NCBI GenBank assembly: GCA_964635565.1
Contig: CAZWON010000001.1
Coordinates: forward strand, 7,020-71,019
Origin: an uncultured Planctomycetia bacterium
GTDB taxonomy: Bacteria; Omnitrophota; Gorgyraeia; Duberdicusellales; 4484-171
Length of the DNA: 64,000 nucleotides
Reading direction: 5' to 3'
Made by a program: the position numbers and the translations under genes. The notes beneath the pieces were generated by a model that was not told the origin of the DNA, ran no database searches, and saw only the letters and a program-made list of their open reading frames with translations. Positions 49,114 through 59,015 of this stretch are shown one piece after another (within the stretch, counting starts at the first letter, position 1; every line of letters begins with the position of its first letter).

Positions 49114-50829
49114 ATGAAGAATGCACAAATCGCTAGGATTTTTAGAGATATTGCTAAGTTGTTAGAGTTAAAAGGTGAGAATCCTTTTAGAATAAGGGCC
49201 TATGAGAGAGCTGCTTTAAATATTGATAGTTTAGCGGAGGATTTAGAAGTATTCTTAAATAGAGGCAGGCTTACGGAAATTCCTGGGATAGGCAAAGACT
49301 TAGCCTTAAAGGTAGAGGAAATTATTAAAACAGGTACCTTATCCTTCTATGAAAAATTAAAGAAAGATATTCCTGAAAGCCTTCTTTTAATGATGGAAAT
49401 ACCTGGTTTGGGCCCCAAAACTGTTAAATATATTTACGATAAGTTACATATAGATACAATTGAGAAGTTAGATTCTGCTGCTAGGAAAGGCAGGTTGCGT
49501 ACTATTGAGGGGATAAGAGAGAAGACTGAAGAAAATATCATTAAAGGAATTGCTCTTATTCGTCAGGGAAAAGAAAGGACACCTTTGTATTTTGCCTTAC
49601 AGATAGCTGGTCAATTTATTAACAGTTTAAAAAAAATAAAAGAAGTAGAGATTATAGAACCTGCAGGATCTTTACGCAGAAGAAAGGATACTGTAAAGGA
49701 TATTGATATTCTGGTTATATCAAAGAAGCCAAAGAGAGTTATGGAATGTTTTACAGGATTACCTCAGGTTAAAGAAGTTATTGCCCACGGAGAGACCAAA
49801 TCTTCTGTAGTAGCAAAAGAACGTAATATTCAGGTTGATGTAAGGGTAGTTAATAAAGATAGTTTCGGAGCCGCTTTGATGTATTTTACAGGTTCAAAAC
49901 AGTTCAATATTAAAATGCGTCAGCTTGCAGTTAAGCGGGGATACAAGATTAATGAATATGGGGTATTTTCTCATAAAGATAAGAAAATTGCGGGAAGAAC
50001 TGAGGAAGAAATTTTTTCTCTTATGAGGATGGAGTATATTCCACCCCAATTACGGGAGGATAGAGGAGAAATAGAGGCAGCTTTAAAGAAAAAACTTCCT
50101 CATCTTTTAGAATTAAAAGATATTAAAGGCGACTTGCATATTCATTCTTTATATAGTGATGGAGATTCTTCTATTGAAGAAATAGCAGAAGCAGCCTTAA
50201 AGAGAGGTTACGAATATGTTGCTATTACTGACCATTCTCAATCTCTTAAAGTAGCAGGGGGCTTGGAGAAGAAGGCAGTTTATAAGAAAATAGAAGAGAT
50301 AAAAAAGATAAATAAAAAATATAGGAATTTCCACATCTTATGTGGGAGTGAAGTTGATATTCTTTCGGAAGGGAACCTTGACTATTCTGACGGTATCCTG
50401 AAAGAGTTTGATTTAGTAATTGCTTCTATTCACTCCGGATTCAAACAATCAAAGAGACAGCTTACTAAAAGAATTATCTCTGCTTGTAAGAATAAGTATG
50501 TTCATATTATCGGTCATCCTACAGGAAGACTTTGGGGCGCGAGAGATGCTTATGATGTTGATTTGGAAGAGATATTTAAGGTAGCAAAAGATTATCACGT
50601 CGCCTTAGAAATTAATTGTTATCCTCAACGGATGGATTTAAATGATGCCAATGCCTTATGGGCAAAAAGAAGGGGGGTGAAGTTATCCTTAGGTACAGAT
50701 GCACATATATTGAAGCAATTAGATACAATGGAATTGGGTTTAAATGTAGCACGCCGAGGTTGGCTTGAGAAGAAGGACATTCTAAATTGTTTAAGTATCG
50801 AATCGCTACGGAAATGGCTAAGAAAATAA
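49114..50829 (+). CDS. polX: DNA polymerase X family protein with C-terminal PHP domain
   Basis: Pol-beta-like HhH/NTase N-terminal half; PHP histidines (HIHSLYSDG). Confidence 0.85.
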   Translation: MKNAQIARIFRDIAKLLELKGENPFRIRAYERAALNIDSLAEDLEVFLNRGRLTEIPGIGKDLALKVEEIIKTGTLSFYEKLKKDIPESLLLMMEIPGLGPKTVKYIYDKLHIDTIEKLDSAARKGRLRTIEGIREKTEENIIKGIALIRQGKERTPLYFALQIAGQFINSLKKIKEVEIIEPAGSLRRRKDTVKDIDILVISKKPKRVMECFTGLPQVKEVIAHGETKSSVVAKERNIQVDVRVVNKDSFGAALMYFTGSKQFNIKMRQLAVKRGYKINEYGVFSHKDKKIAGRTEEEIFSLMRMEYIPPQLREDRGEIEAALKKKLPHLLELKDIKGDLHIHSLYSDGDSSIEEIAEAALKRGYEYVAITDHSQSLKVAGGLEKKAVYKKIEEIKKINKKYRNFHILCGSEVDILSEGNLDYSDGILKEFDLVIASIHSGFKQSKRQLTKRIISACKNKYVHIIGHPTGRLWGARDAYDVDLEEIFKVAKDYHVALEINCYPQRMDLNDANALWAKRRGVKLSLGTDAHILKQLDTMELGLNVARRGWLEKKDILNCLSIESLRKWLRK

Positions 50830-51773
50830 GGATTTTTATCTTTCTTTTTATATTTTCTTGTTGCGATAGAGTGCCTTATCAAAAAACTTTTATAATATCA
50901 GGTACATATCTTACCGTCACTTCTTATGAAAAGCAGGCTATTTCTGTGGCTTATGATGAATTCAAACGGTTAGATAAGATATTTAATATTTATGATCCCT
51001 CTTCAGAAGTTTCTTGTCTTAATAAAAGTTACAATGAACCACTTTTAGTTTCCTCGGAGATGATAGAGCTTCTTCTTTTGTCTCGTCAGGTATACGACCT
51101 TACTGAAGGGAATTTTGATATTTCACAAGGAAGAGTTTATAATTTTTGGAAAAAGTTAAAGGAGGGTAAAAAATTAAAGAAGTTCCCTTCCCTGGAAGAG
51201 ATTCAAACTTTGGTAAAAAAAGGAGGTATGGAGTTTATAGAGATTAATCCTACTACCCATACAGTAACAATTAAAAAGAAAGGATTAAAGTTAGATTTCT
51301 CTGGAATTGCCAAGGGTTTTATGGTAGACAAAGCAGTTATGCGTTTAAAGAAAGAAGGTATAAAAAATGTTTTAATTAATGCGGGTGGAGATATATACTG
51401 TTTGGGAAAAAATAAAGATTCATTTTGGGAAGTAGGTATAAGAGACCCCGCTTCTAAAGAAGGGATAATTGAAGTGCTTTCTTTGTTTAATGAAGCAGTA
51501 GCAACTTCGGGAAGCTACGAACAGTTCTTTATCTATAACGGAAAACGCTATTCTCATATTATAAATCCTAAAACAGGTTTTCCCGTCACCAATGATGTAC
51601 TTAGTGTTACAGTGATAGCTAAGAACTGTACTATAGCAGATAGCCTTGCTACCGCATTTTTTGTAATGGGACTTAGAGGGATAGAGAAGTTTTTAAAGCA
51701 AACTCCCTCAACAATGAGAATATTTGTTATAACAAAAACATCTCAGGGGAAAAAAATACATGTTTTCCAATAA
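50814..51773 (+). CDS. apbE: FAD:protein FMN transferase (ApbE family) lipoprotein
   Basis: Lipobox FSCC; ApbE-family core. Start taken at the internal Met after the polX overlap. Confidence 0.75.
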   Translation: MAKKIRIFIFLFIFSCCDRVPYQKTFIISGTYLTVTSYEKQAISVAYDEFKRLDKIFNIYDPSSEVSCLNKSYNEPLLVSSEMIELLLLSRQVYDLTEGNFDISQGRVYNFWKKLKEGKKLKKFPSLEEIQTLVKKGGMEFIEINPTTHTVTIKKKGLKLDFSGIAKGFMVDKAVMRLKKEGIKNVLINAGGDIYCLGKNKDSFWEVGIRDPASKEGIIEVLSLFNEAVATSGSYEQFFIYNGKRYSHIINPKTGFPVTNDVLSVTVIAKNCTIADSLATAFFVMGLRGIEKFLKQTPSTMRIFVITKTSQGKKIHVFQ

Positions 51774-52614
51774 AGTTACTCCCTTAGATATCATTAATAA
51801 GAAAGGTAAAGATAAAATAACTATGCTTACCTGTTACGATACCTCTTTTGCCTCTATTCTTGATGAGGCAGGAGTAGATATTATTCTTGTAGGAGATTCT
51901 TTAGCAAATGTTGTATTAGGAATGGATACTACAAAAGATATAAGTTTTAGGGAGATGTTTAATCATACACGGGCAGTACGAAAGGCAGTTAAGAGAGCTT
52001 TAGTGGTTGCGGATATGCCCTATAAAAGTTACCAGATAAATAGAAGAAAAGCTTTATACTATGCAGAGAAGTTTATTAAAGAAGCAGGTGCTGATGCAGT
52101 AAAATTAGAGTGGTTTTTTTATTGTAGAGAGATAACCCGCCTTTTGGTTAGGCACAAAATCTCCGTTATGGGACACATTGGACTTACCCCTCAGACAGCA
52201 GATAAGTTAGGAGGGTTTCTTGTGCAGGGTAAAAATGCTGAAAAAGCTCTTATGCTTATCGAAGAAGCAAAGGCTCTTGAGAAGGCGGGAGTTTTTAGTA
52301 TGGTAATTGAATGTGTTCCTGCAAAAGTATCCAAAGTTATTACTGAGACTATAAAAATCCCTACAATTGGGATTGGGGCAGGTAGCGGATGTGATGGCCA
52401 GGTTTTGGTCCTTTATGATTTGTTGGGATTATATAATAAACTCAGCCCAAGATTTGTTCGCAAGTTTGTTGATTTGTCTTCTCTTATAAATAAAGCAGTA
52501 AGAGAGTTTATCAGCAAGGTAAAGAAAAATCAGTTTCCTTTACCCCAAGAGAGCTTTTCTATAAAAGAAGAAGAGTTTAAAAATTTCCTTAAGCTGTTAA
52601 AAAAGCGATACTAA
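51760..52614 (+). CDS. panB: 3-methyl-2-oxobutanoate hydroxymethyltransferase
   Basis: KITMLTCYDTSFA...VGDSL motif. Confidence 0.88.
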   Translation: MFSNKVTPLDIINKKGKDKITMLTCYDTSFASILDEAGVDIILVGDSLANVVLGMDTTKDISFREMFNHTRAVRKAVKRALVVADMPYKSYQINRRKALYYAEKFIKEAGADAVKLEWFFYCREITRLLVRHKISVMGHIGLTPQTADKLGGFLVQGKNAEKALMLIEEAKALEKAGVFSMVIECVPAKVSKVITETIKIPTIGIGAGSGCDGQVLVLYDLLGLYNKLSPRFVRKFVDLSSLINKAVREFISKVKKNQFPLPQESFSIKEEEFKNFLKLLKKRY

Positions 52615-52731
52615 CTCTTTTTTATCCTCCCCTTTTATTTAATCTCCTTGAGGAAAGTTTTTTCCGTTAGTGTAAAATTTAGTGGGGTAGTAGAGAAGGA
52701 AGAATAGTAGTAGTAGTTTTTTCCATCAATG

Positions 52732-52760
52732 TTGACACACTAAATATTTTGTGGTATGGT
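52732..52760 (+). promoter_or_regulatory. Sigma70-like promoter with extended -10 immediately upstream of proC
   Basis: TTGACA(52732-52737), 17-nt spacer, tgGTATGGT(52752-52760). This places the TSS within a few nt of the ATG at 52771. Confidence 0.4.
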
Positions 52761-52770
52761 AAACCACTTT

Positions 52771-53577
52771 ATGAAGAAGAAATTATCTATTGGGCTTGTA
52801 GGATTTGGGAATATGGGTAGGGCATTAGGAGAAGCTCTTTTATCTGAAAGTGCCTATCAGTTATTAGCTTACGATAAAGAGAAAAAGAAGCTGAAAGGAA
52901 TAGATTCCATTATTAGGAAAGAGAGCTTGGAAAAAATTATTCCTTCTGTTAATGTGGTAATCTTAGCGATAAAACCGCAAGATATAGAAATTTTTATAAA
53001 GGATGCAGTTAGATATTTTATAAAGAAAAGACCTCTTCTTATTTCTATTGCTGCGGGGGTTCCTACCTATTTTTTTGAAAAAAGAATTAAGGGAATAAGA
53101 GTGATAAGAGTGATGCCTAATTTAGCAGTAAAGGTAAGAAGTTCTGTCTCTTTTATGTGTAAGGGAAAGTTAGCTACGAAAAAGGATTTAGATGTTGCGT
53201 ATAAGATTTTTAGTTGCGTAGGGAAGGTATTTGTAATTAAGGAGAGTTTTTTAGATAAGGTAACGAGTATAAGTGGGAGTGGTCCTGGCTATGTATATTA
53301 TTTTATGGATGCAATAATGAAGTCCGCTCTTAAACTGGGTTTTTCGCAGGAAATTGCCAGAATGATGATTGAAGAAACTTTTTTAGGGGCGGTTAGATTT
53401 GCAACATTAAGCGGAAAGGAATTTTCTAAGTTGATAGAAGATGTTGCTTCGCGCGGTGGTACAACAGAGTCCGCTCTTAGAATTTTTACTAAGAAAAGAT
53501 TGAACTCTATAATTAATGAAGCGATAAATTCTGCTTATAAAAAAGCAAAAGAACTTGCTAACTATTATCATAAGTAA
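52771..53577 (+). CDS. proC: Pyrroline-5-carboxylate reductase
   Basis: LSIGLVGFGNMG Rossmann fold; ProC C-terminal domain. ATG at 52771 preferred; 52756 lies inside the -10 element. Confidence 0.8.
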   Translation: MKKKLSIGLVGFGNMGRALGEALLSESAYQLLAYDKEKKKLKGIDSIIRKESLEKIIPSVNVVILAIKPQDIEIFIKDAVRYFIKKRPLLISIAAGVPTYFFEKRIKGIRVIRVMPNLAVKVRSSVSFMCKGKLATKKDLDVAYKIFSCVGKVFVIKESFLDKVTSISGSGPGYVYYFMDAIMKSALKLGFSQEIARMMIEETFLGAVRFATLSGKEFSKLIEDVASRGGTTESALRIFTKKRLNSIINEAINSAYKKAKELANYYHK

Positions 53578-53608
53578 CACACATAAGTAATAGTAGCAAA
53601 GGGGGGTT

Positions 53609-54466
53609 ATGGAAAGAATAGGTATAATTGGAGGAAGTGGGCTTTATAAACTGGAAGGAATAAAGAGGAAAAAAGAAATTTCTTTAAGGACGCCTTTTGG
53701 TAAACCTTCGTCGTCTTATATTATTGCTGAATTTCAGAAAAGAGAAGTCGTTTTTTTACCTCGTCATGGAAAAGAGCATACAATTTCCCCATCATTAATT
53801 AATTATCGGGCAAATATTTATGGCATGAAAAAACTAAATGTAGGGTGGATTGTTTCTGTAAGTGCGTGCGGTTCTCTTAAAGAAGAGCTTAAACCACTTG
53901 ATTTTGTTATTCCTCTTCAGTTTGTTGACAGAACCAATCAAGCCAGGAAGTATACCTTTTTTGATGAGGGTATTGTAGTTCACATTGGTTTCGCTTATCC
54001 TATATGCGAGAGCTTGGCGAAAAAAATAGAGGAAGCGGCAAGAAAGGTAGGAGTAGAGGTCCATTTTGGAGGGACATATCTTAATATGGAAGGTCCTCAA
54101 TTTTCTACTCTGGCAGAGTCTAATCTTTACAGAAGTTGGGGGATGGACATTATTGGGATGACTAACCTTGCAGAAGCACGTTTAGCTAAAGAGGCAGAGA
54201 TTTGTTATGCTACTTTAGCCTCAGTTACTGACTATGACTGTTGGCATCCTTCCCATGATAGCGTTACTGCGAGGATGGTTATTGCTAATCTTATTAAAAA
54301 TGTAGAAAATGCTAAAAAGATAATTAAAGAGATAATCCCCCTTATAGAAAAAGAGAGAACATGTAAATGTAAGGATACTTTAAAAAGTTCTATTGTAACG
54401 CAAAAAAAATTTATTCCCAAAAAGAAAAAAGAGGAGCTTAAGATAATTTTGAAAAAATATCTATAG
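53609..54466 (+). CDS. mtnP: S-methyl-5'-thioadenosine phosphorylase (PNP family)
   Basis: [16 protein letters not shown] family core; Lys-rich C-terminal tail. Confidence 0.8.
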   Translation: MERIGIIGGSGLYKLEGIKRKKEISLRTPFGKPSSSYIIAEFQKREVVFLPRHGKEHTISPSLINYRANIYGMKKLNVGWIVSVSACGSLKEELKPLDFVIPLQFVDRTNQARKYTFFDEGIVVHIGFAYPICESLAKKIEEAARKVGVEVHFGGTYLNMEGPQFSTLAESNLYRSWGMDIIGMTNLAEARLAKEAEICYATLASVTDYDCWHPSHDSVTARMVIANLIKNVENAKKIIKEIIPLIEKERTCKCKDTLKSSIVTQKKFIPKKKKEELKIILKKYL

Positions 54467-54471
54467 GAAAA

Positions 54472-57246
54472 ATGGACTATCGTAATACTCTTAATTTACC
54501 GCGGACAACTTTTTCTATGAAAGCAAACCTTATGTATTTAGAACCTAAGATATTAACTTTCTGGGATGAAATTAGGATTTATGAGCTTTTGCAAAAAAAT
54601 AGAGAAAAGAAAAAAAAGTTTGTTCTTCACGACGGTCCTCCTTATGCCAATGGCCCTATTCACATAGGCCATGCTCTTAATAAGATACTTAAGGATATCA
54701 TCGTTAAATTAAAGAGTATCTCGGGCTACAATACACCTTTTATTATAGGGTGGGATTGCCATGGTTTGCCTGTAGAGCATCAGCTTTTTAAAGAGTTAGA
54801 TAAGAGCAAATCCGAAGTAGATGTGGTAGATTTTAGAAAAAAAGCTCGTCAATTCGCTTTAAAATTTGTAGATTTACAGAAAGAGGATTTTAAACGTTTG
54901 GGTATATTTAGTGATTGGAAAAAGCCTTATCTTACTTTATCTAATGATTATGAGTATTGGGTGTTGATTCTTTTAAGAGAACTGGTTGTTTCCGGATATG
55001 TATATCGAGGAAGGCGACCTGTTAACTGGTGCGTAGTGTGTGAAACTGCTCTTGCTGAAGCAGAAGTTGAGTATGTAGATAAAGAATCGCCTTCTATTTA
55101 TTTTCTCTTTAAAATAAAAGATGCTAAAGGAAGAGTTAAAGCCAGCAATGTATACTTTTTGATATGGACAACTACTCCTTGGACTCTTATTTCCAATGTT
55201 GCAGTAGCAGTTCATCCTGATTTAGACTATGGAGTTTTTGATTATAAAGATAAATCACTGATTTTTGCTTTAGAATTAAAGGATTTTCTCAATAAAAAGT
55301 TAGGGATTACCTTAGAAGAAAGCGAAGTATATAAGGGTAGAGACTTAGAAGGTATTGTACTTCACCATCCTTTTATAGAGAGAGAGTCGCTTGTAGTTAA
55401 AGCAGATTTTGTTTCTTGTAAGGAAGGAAGTGGATGCGTCCATATTGCTCCTGGTCATGGTCAAGAGGATTTTTCTTTGGTAAAAAAGTATAATTTAGAT
55501 ATAATTATGCCTTTAGATGAAAAAGGAATTTTTACGGAAGAGGCAGGCAAATTTTCAGGAAAGGATATTTACGAAGCAAATAATTTAGTAATTGAGTTAT
55601 TAAGAAGTAAGGGTTATCTTATTAGAAATGAAACTGTCATTCATTCCTATCCTCATTGTTGGCGGTGTAAAAATCCCATTGTTTTTAGGGCAACCTACCA
55701 GTGGTTTTTGGATATAGAGCATAATAATCTTCGCAGAAGACTCTTGGAAGTAATAGAAAAGGTAAAATGGATTCCTTCTTCAGGAATTGAAAGAATGCGC
55801 AGTATGTTAACCTTAAGGCCTGACTGGTGTCTTTCTCGTCAAAGACTATGGGGCGTCCCTATTCCTGTAGTTAAATGTAAGAGCTGTCGAGAAATTATTC
55901 TTAATGCGGAAGTAATAGAGAGAACAGCAGATATTTTTAGGAAGGAAGGTTCTGATAGTTGGTTTATGAAAGATGTTTTGTATTTTTTACCTTCTGATTT
56001 TAAATGTCCCCGGTGTGGCAATATAGAATTTGATAAAGAAAACGATATATTGGATGTATGGTTTGAATCAGGGGCAAGTTTTCTGGCAGTGGTAAGGAGT
56101 AATGAAAATTTACGTTTTCCTGCGGATATATACCTTGAGGGAAGTGACCAGCATAGAGGGTGGTTTCAGGTTTCTTTAATTCCTTCTGTAGCAAAATATA
56201 ATACCGCTCCCTTTAATACTGTTCTTACCCATGGGTTTGTGGTAGATAGTGAAGGGAGAAAGATGTCTAAATCATTGGGCAATGTTATTTCTCCTCAGGA
56301 AATTGTTAAGGAATATGGGGCAGAGATACTTAGATTATGGGTTGCTTCTAGTGATTATTCAGAGGATATAAAATTATCCCGCCAGATAATAAATCAACTG
56401 ATAGATATTTATAGAAAGATAAGGAATACTTTAAGATTTATTATGGGGAATCTCTACGATTTTGACGAAGATGTTGATTATATAGAAGAAAAAGAGCTGA
56501 AAGAAATTGATAAGTATATGTTGTATAAGAGTAGAGTATTTTTAAGGGAAGTTATAAGAGACTATGAAGGCTTTAGTTTTTATAAAGTTTGCCAGAAAAT
56601 ATTTAATTTCTGCAACCTTGATTTGAGTTCTTTCTATCTTGACATATTAAAAGATAGATTATATACTTATTCCCCAGTTTCAAAAGAGAGGAAATCAGCA
56701 CAGAATGTGCTCTATTATATCATTAAAGCTCTTTTAAAAATTATTGCTCCTATTTTACCTTTTACTGCAGAAGATGCTTTTCTTTCTTTTCATGCCTGGA
56801 AAGGTAAACAAGAGTCAATATTTCTTCATAGTTTTGATGAGGATAAAGAACAAATGCACATAGAGAGGGATATTCTTGTAAAGGGAGAAAAGATTTTGGC
56901 TTTAAGGAGTGAAGTTTTAAAAGAGATTGAGAGAAAAAGAGAAGAATCTATTATTGGTAGTTCTCTGGAGGCAGAAGTTAATATTTACTGTGACAAGGAT
57001 GATTATTTATTTTTTAAAGAGCGGGAAGATATCTTAAGAGAGGTTTTTATTGTTTCCAAAGTTAGAGTGGAAAGAGGCAACTTTAAAATTGAAGTTAAAA
57101 AGGCAGAGGGTAACAAGTGTTTACGTTGTTGGAATTGGCGTAAAGACGTAGGGAGCAAAAAAGAGTATGTTGATTTGTGCTTAAGATGCGTAAGTGTTTT
57201 GAAAGGAGGAGATAATGTTAAGAAGAAAACCGCAGAGAAAAGGTAA
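54472..57246 (+). CDS. ileS: Isoleucine--tRNA ligase
   Basis: HIGH (PIHIGHALN) and KMSKS motifs; C-terminal zinc-binding Cys pairs. Confidence 0.93.
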   Translation: MDYRNTLNLPRTTFSMKANLMYLEPKILTFWDEIRIYELLQKNREKKKKFVLHDGPPYANGPIHIGHALNKILKDIIVKLKSISGYNTPFIIGWDCHGLPVEHQLFKELDKSKSEVDVVDFRKKARQFALKFVDLQKEDFKRLGIFSDWKKPYLTLSNDYEYWVLILLRELVVSGYVYRGRRPVNWCVVCETALAEAEVEYVDKESPSIYFLFKIKDAKGRVKASNVYFLIWTTTPWTLISNVAVAVHPDLDYGVFDYKDKSLIFALELKDFLNKKLGITLEESEVYKGRDLEGIVLHHPFIERESLVVKADFVSCKEGSGCVHIAPGHGQEDFSLVKKYNLDIIMPLDEKGIFTEEAGKFSGKDIYEANNLVIELLRSKGYLIRNETVIHSYPHCWRCKNPIVFRATYQWFLDIEHNNLRRRLLEVIEKVKWIPSSGIERMRSMLTLRPDWCLSRQRLWGVPIPVVKCKSCREIILNAEVIERTADIFRKEGSDSWFMKDVLYFLPSDFKCPRCGNIEFDKENDILDVWFESGASFLAVVRSNENLRFPADIYLEGSDQHRGWFQVSLIPSVAKYNTAPFNTVLTHGFVVDSEGRKMSKSLGNVISPQEIVKEYGAEILRLWVASSDYSEDIKLSRQIINQLIDIYRKIRNTLRFIMGNLYDFDEDVDYIEEKELKEIDKYMLYKSRVFLREVIRDYEGFSFYKVCQKIFNFCNLDLSSFYLDILKDRLYTYSPVSKERKSAQNVLYYIIKALLKIIAPILPFTAEDAFLSFHAWKGKQESIFLHSFDEDKEQMHIERDILVKGEKILALRSEVLKEIERKREESIIGSSLEAEVNIYCDKDDYLFFKEREDILREVFIVSKVRVERGNFKIEVKKAEGNKCLRCWNWRKDVGSKKEYVDLCLRCVSVLKGGDNVKKKTAEKR

Positions 57247-57679
57247 GACAAATAGATCAGGAAAAAAGACTGTCCAGAGAAGAGCAAGGTTAAAAAGATT
57301 AAGAGCTAAAGACTTAAAGAAATTTAAAGAAATTCTTATAAATTTTAAAGAAAGTCTTCTTGATAAGATAAGAGATATTTCTGCAGATACTCTTATGAAA
57401 TCTCAGAAGGATATTTCCGGAGACATTTCTGGCTATAGTTTGCATATGGCAGATGTGGCAAGCGATAATTATGAGAGAGAATTTAATTTAGACCTTGTTT
57501 CTAATGAGCATAAGATATTGTTTCAGATAGATGAGGCTCTTAAGAGAATAGAAGATAAAAGCTATGGAATATGTTTGTTGTGTAATAAAAACATTACCAA
57601 AGGACGCTTAAAGGCTATCCCTTATGCACGGTATTGTGCAAAATGTAGGGAGAAACTGGAGAAGGAAAACAGGATATAA
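57215..57679 (+). CDS. DksA/TraR-family C4 zinc-finger protein with a strongly basic N-terminal tail
   Basis: CLLCNKNI...RYCAKC four-Cys finger. GGAGGAG RBS before the ATG at 57215, which lies 32 nt inside the ileS 3' end. Confidence 0.65.
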   Translation: MLRRKPQRKGKTNRSGKKTVQRRARLKRLRAKDLKKFKEILINFKESLLDKIRDISADTLMKSQKDISGDISGYSLHMADVASDNYEREFNLDLVSNEHKILFQIDEALKRIEDKSYGICLLCNKNITKGRLKAIPYARYCAKCREKLEKENRI

Positions 57680-57680
57680 A

Positions 57681-58138
57681 ATGGGGTAGCTACCTTAGTC
57701 AGCGGTATTGTTTTTCTTATAGATTACTTTATAAAAAGTTATCTTAAAAACAACTTACCTTTTCAATCAATTCCCATAGTAAAGAATGTTTTTCATATTA
57801 CTGTTGTTTTTAATCAGGGAGCGGCTTTTGGGATTTTAAAAGGTTGCTCTACACTTCTTATATACATAGGATTTATTTTTATTGTTGTTCTGGTTGCGAT
57901 GATTAAAAAAGAGAAGAAAAATATGACATCTAAGGTAGCTTTGGGATTAGTTTTAGGAGGAGCGTTATCTAATCTTTTTGATAGGATATTTTATGGTTTT
58001 GTAGTTGATTATATAGATATAATAATATGGCCGGTATTTAATCTTTCTGATATGTGTATAAATGTTGGTGTGGGTATTTTTCTTTTTTATTCATTGATTT
58101 ATAGTGAGAAAAGAACTTTGCGTAGACAAAAAAAATAG
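57681..58138 (+). CDS. lspA: Lipoprotein signal peptidase II; canonical start is out of frame with the body, so an apparent -1 frameshift in a G run (or a non-canonical start)
   Basis: The open frame from 57680 translates to an LspA-like protein (NQGAAFGIL, GGALSNLFDR, FNLSDMCI) with no in-frame ATG/GTG/TTG before 57899. The ATG at 57681 has a good RBS but sits in the +1 frame and is followed by GGGG(57683-57686) then TAG. Confidence 0.6.
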
Positions 58139-58997
58139 GGGATTGCGCTTAGATAAGTTTGTCGCTTTAAACAGCTCTAATTTATCACGTACGAGAATAG
58201 GCAAAATGATTGAAAGAGGAGAAATTTTAGTTAATGGAGAAAAGAAAAAGTCAAGCTATACTGTAAAGGAAAAAGATAAGGTCGTTGTTTCGTTACTTTA
58301 TGAAGAGATAAAAATCCTTAAGCCTTATCCTGTAACTGTTGATATTTTATATGAGGATAATGATATTATTGTGGTTAATAAACCTAAGGATTTAGTTGTT
58401 CATCCTCCTAAGGAAGGTTGTCAAAGGACGCTCGTTAATGCTTTAATATATATGGGTAAAAAATTATCGTCGGTTAATCCCGCAAGACCAGCGATAGTGC
58501 ATCGTCTTGATAAAGAGACTACAGGGGTTATGGTGCTGGCAAAGAACAATTACAGCCATCTCAAACTCATTAAAGAATTTAGAGAAAGAAAGGTTAAAAA
58601 AGAATATCGAGCAATGGTTTGGGGAGTATTTAAAGAAGATGATGTTTCTGTTGAGTTGCCCTTAAAAAGACACGAGCGCAATAGACTTAAAATGAAAGTG
58701 AGTATGTTTAAATCAAAACAAGCTATTACCCATATTAAGGTATTAAAGAGGTTATCAGATTCTACTTATGTGCAATTACTTATTTCTACAGGAAGAACAC
58801 ATCAGATAAGAGTCCATATGAATTTTTTAGGATATCCTATTGTAGGAGATAAAAAATATGGTAGAAAAGATAACTTCGGTACTTTATTTCTTCACTCATT
58901 TAGATTAGGGTTTAGGCATCCTTCTAACAGAGAATTTATGGAGTTTGAGGCACCTCTGCCAGATTGGTTTAATAGGTTTATGGAAGAAAATAGCTAA
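58104..58997 (+). CDS. rluD: 23S rRNA pseudouridine synthase, RluA family (RluD-like)
   Basis: S4 domain N-terminus; catalytic HRLDKETTGVMV motif. Confidence 0.85.
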   Translation: MRKELCVDKKNRGLRLDKFVALNSSNLSRTRIGKMIERGEILVNGEKKKSSYTVKEKDKVVVSLLYEEIKILKPYPVTVDILYEDNDIIVVNKPKDLVVHPPKEGCQRTLVNALIYMGKKLSSVNPARPAIVHRLDKETTGVMVLAKNNYSHLKLIKEFRERKVKKEYRAMVWGVFKEDDVSVELPLKRHERNRLKMKVSMFKSKQAITHIKVLKRLSDSTYVQLLISTGRTHQIRVHMNFLGYPIVGDKKYGRKDNFGTLFLHSFRLGFRHPSNREFMEFEAPLPDWFNRFMEENS

Positions 58998-59015
58998 TAA
59001 GTTTTTGATGAATTA

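Noticed and set aside
52705-52716. (TAG)x4 microsatellite
   Set aside because: Trivial length; noted only as context for the proC promoter.
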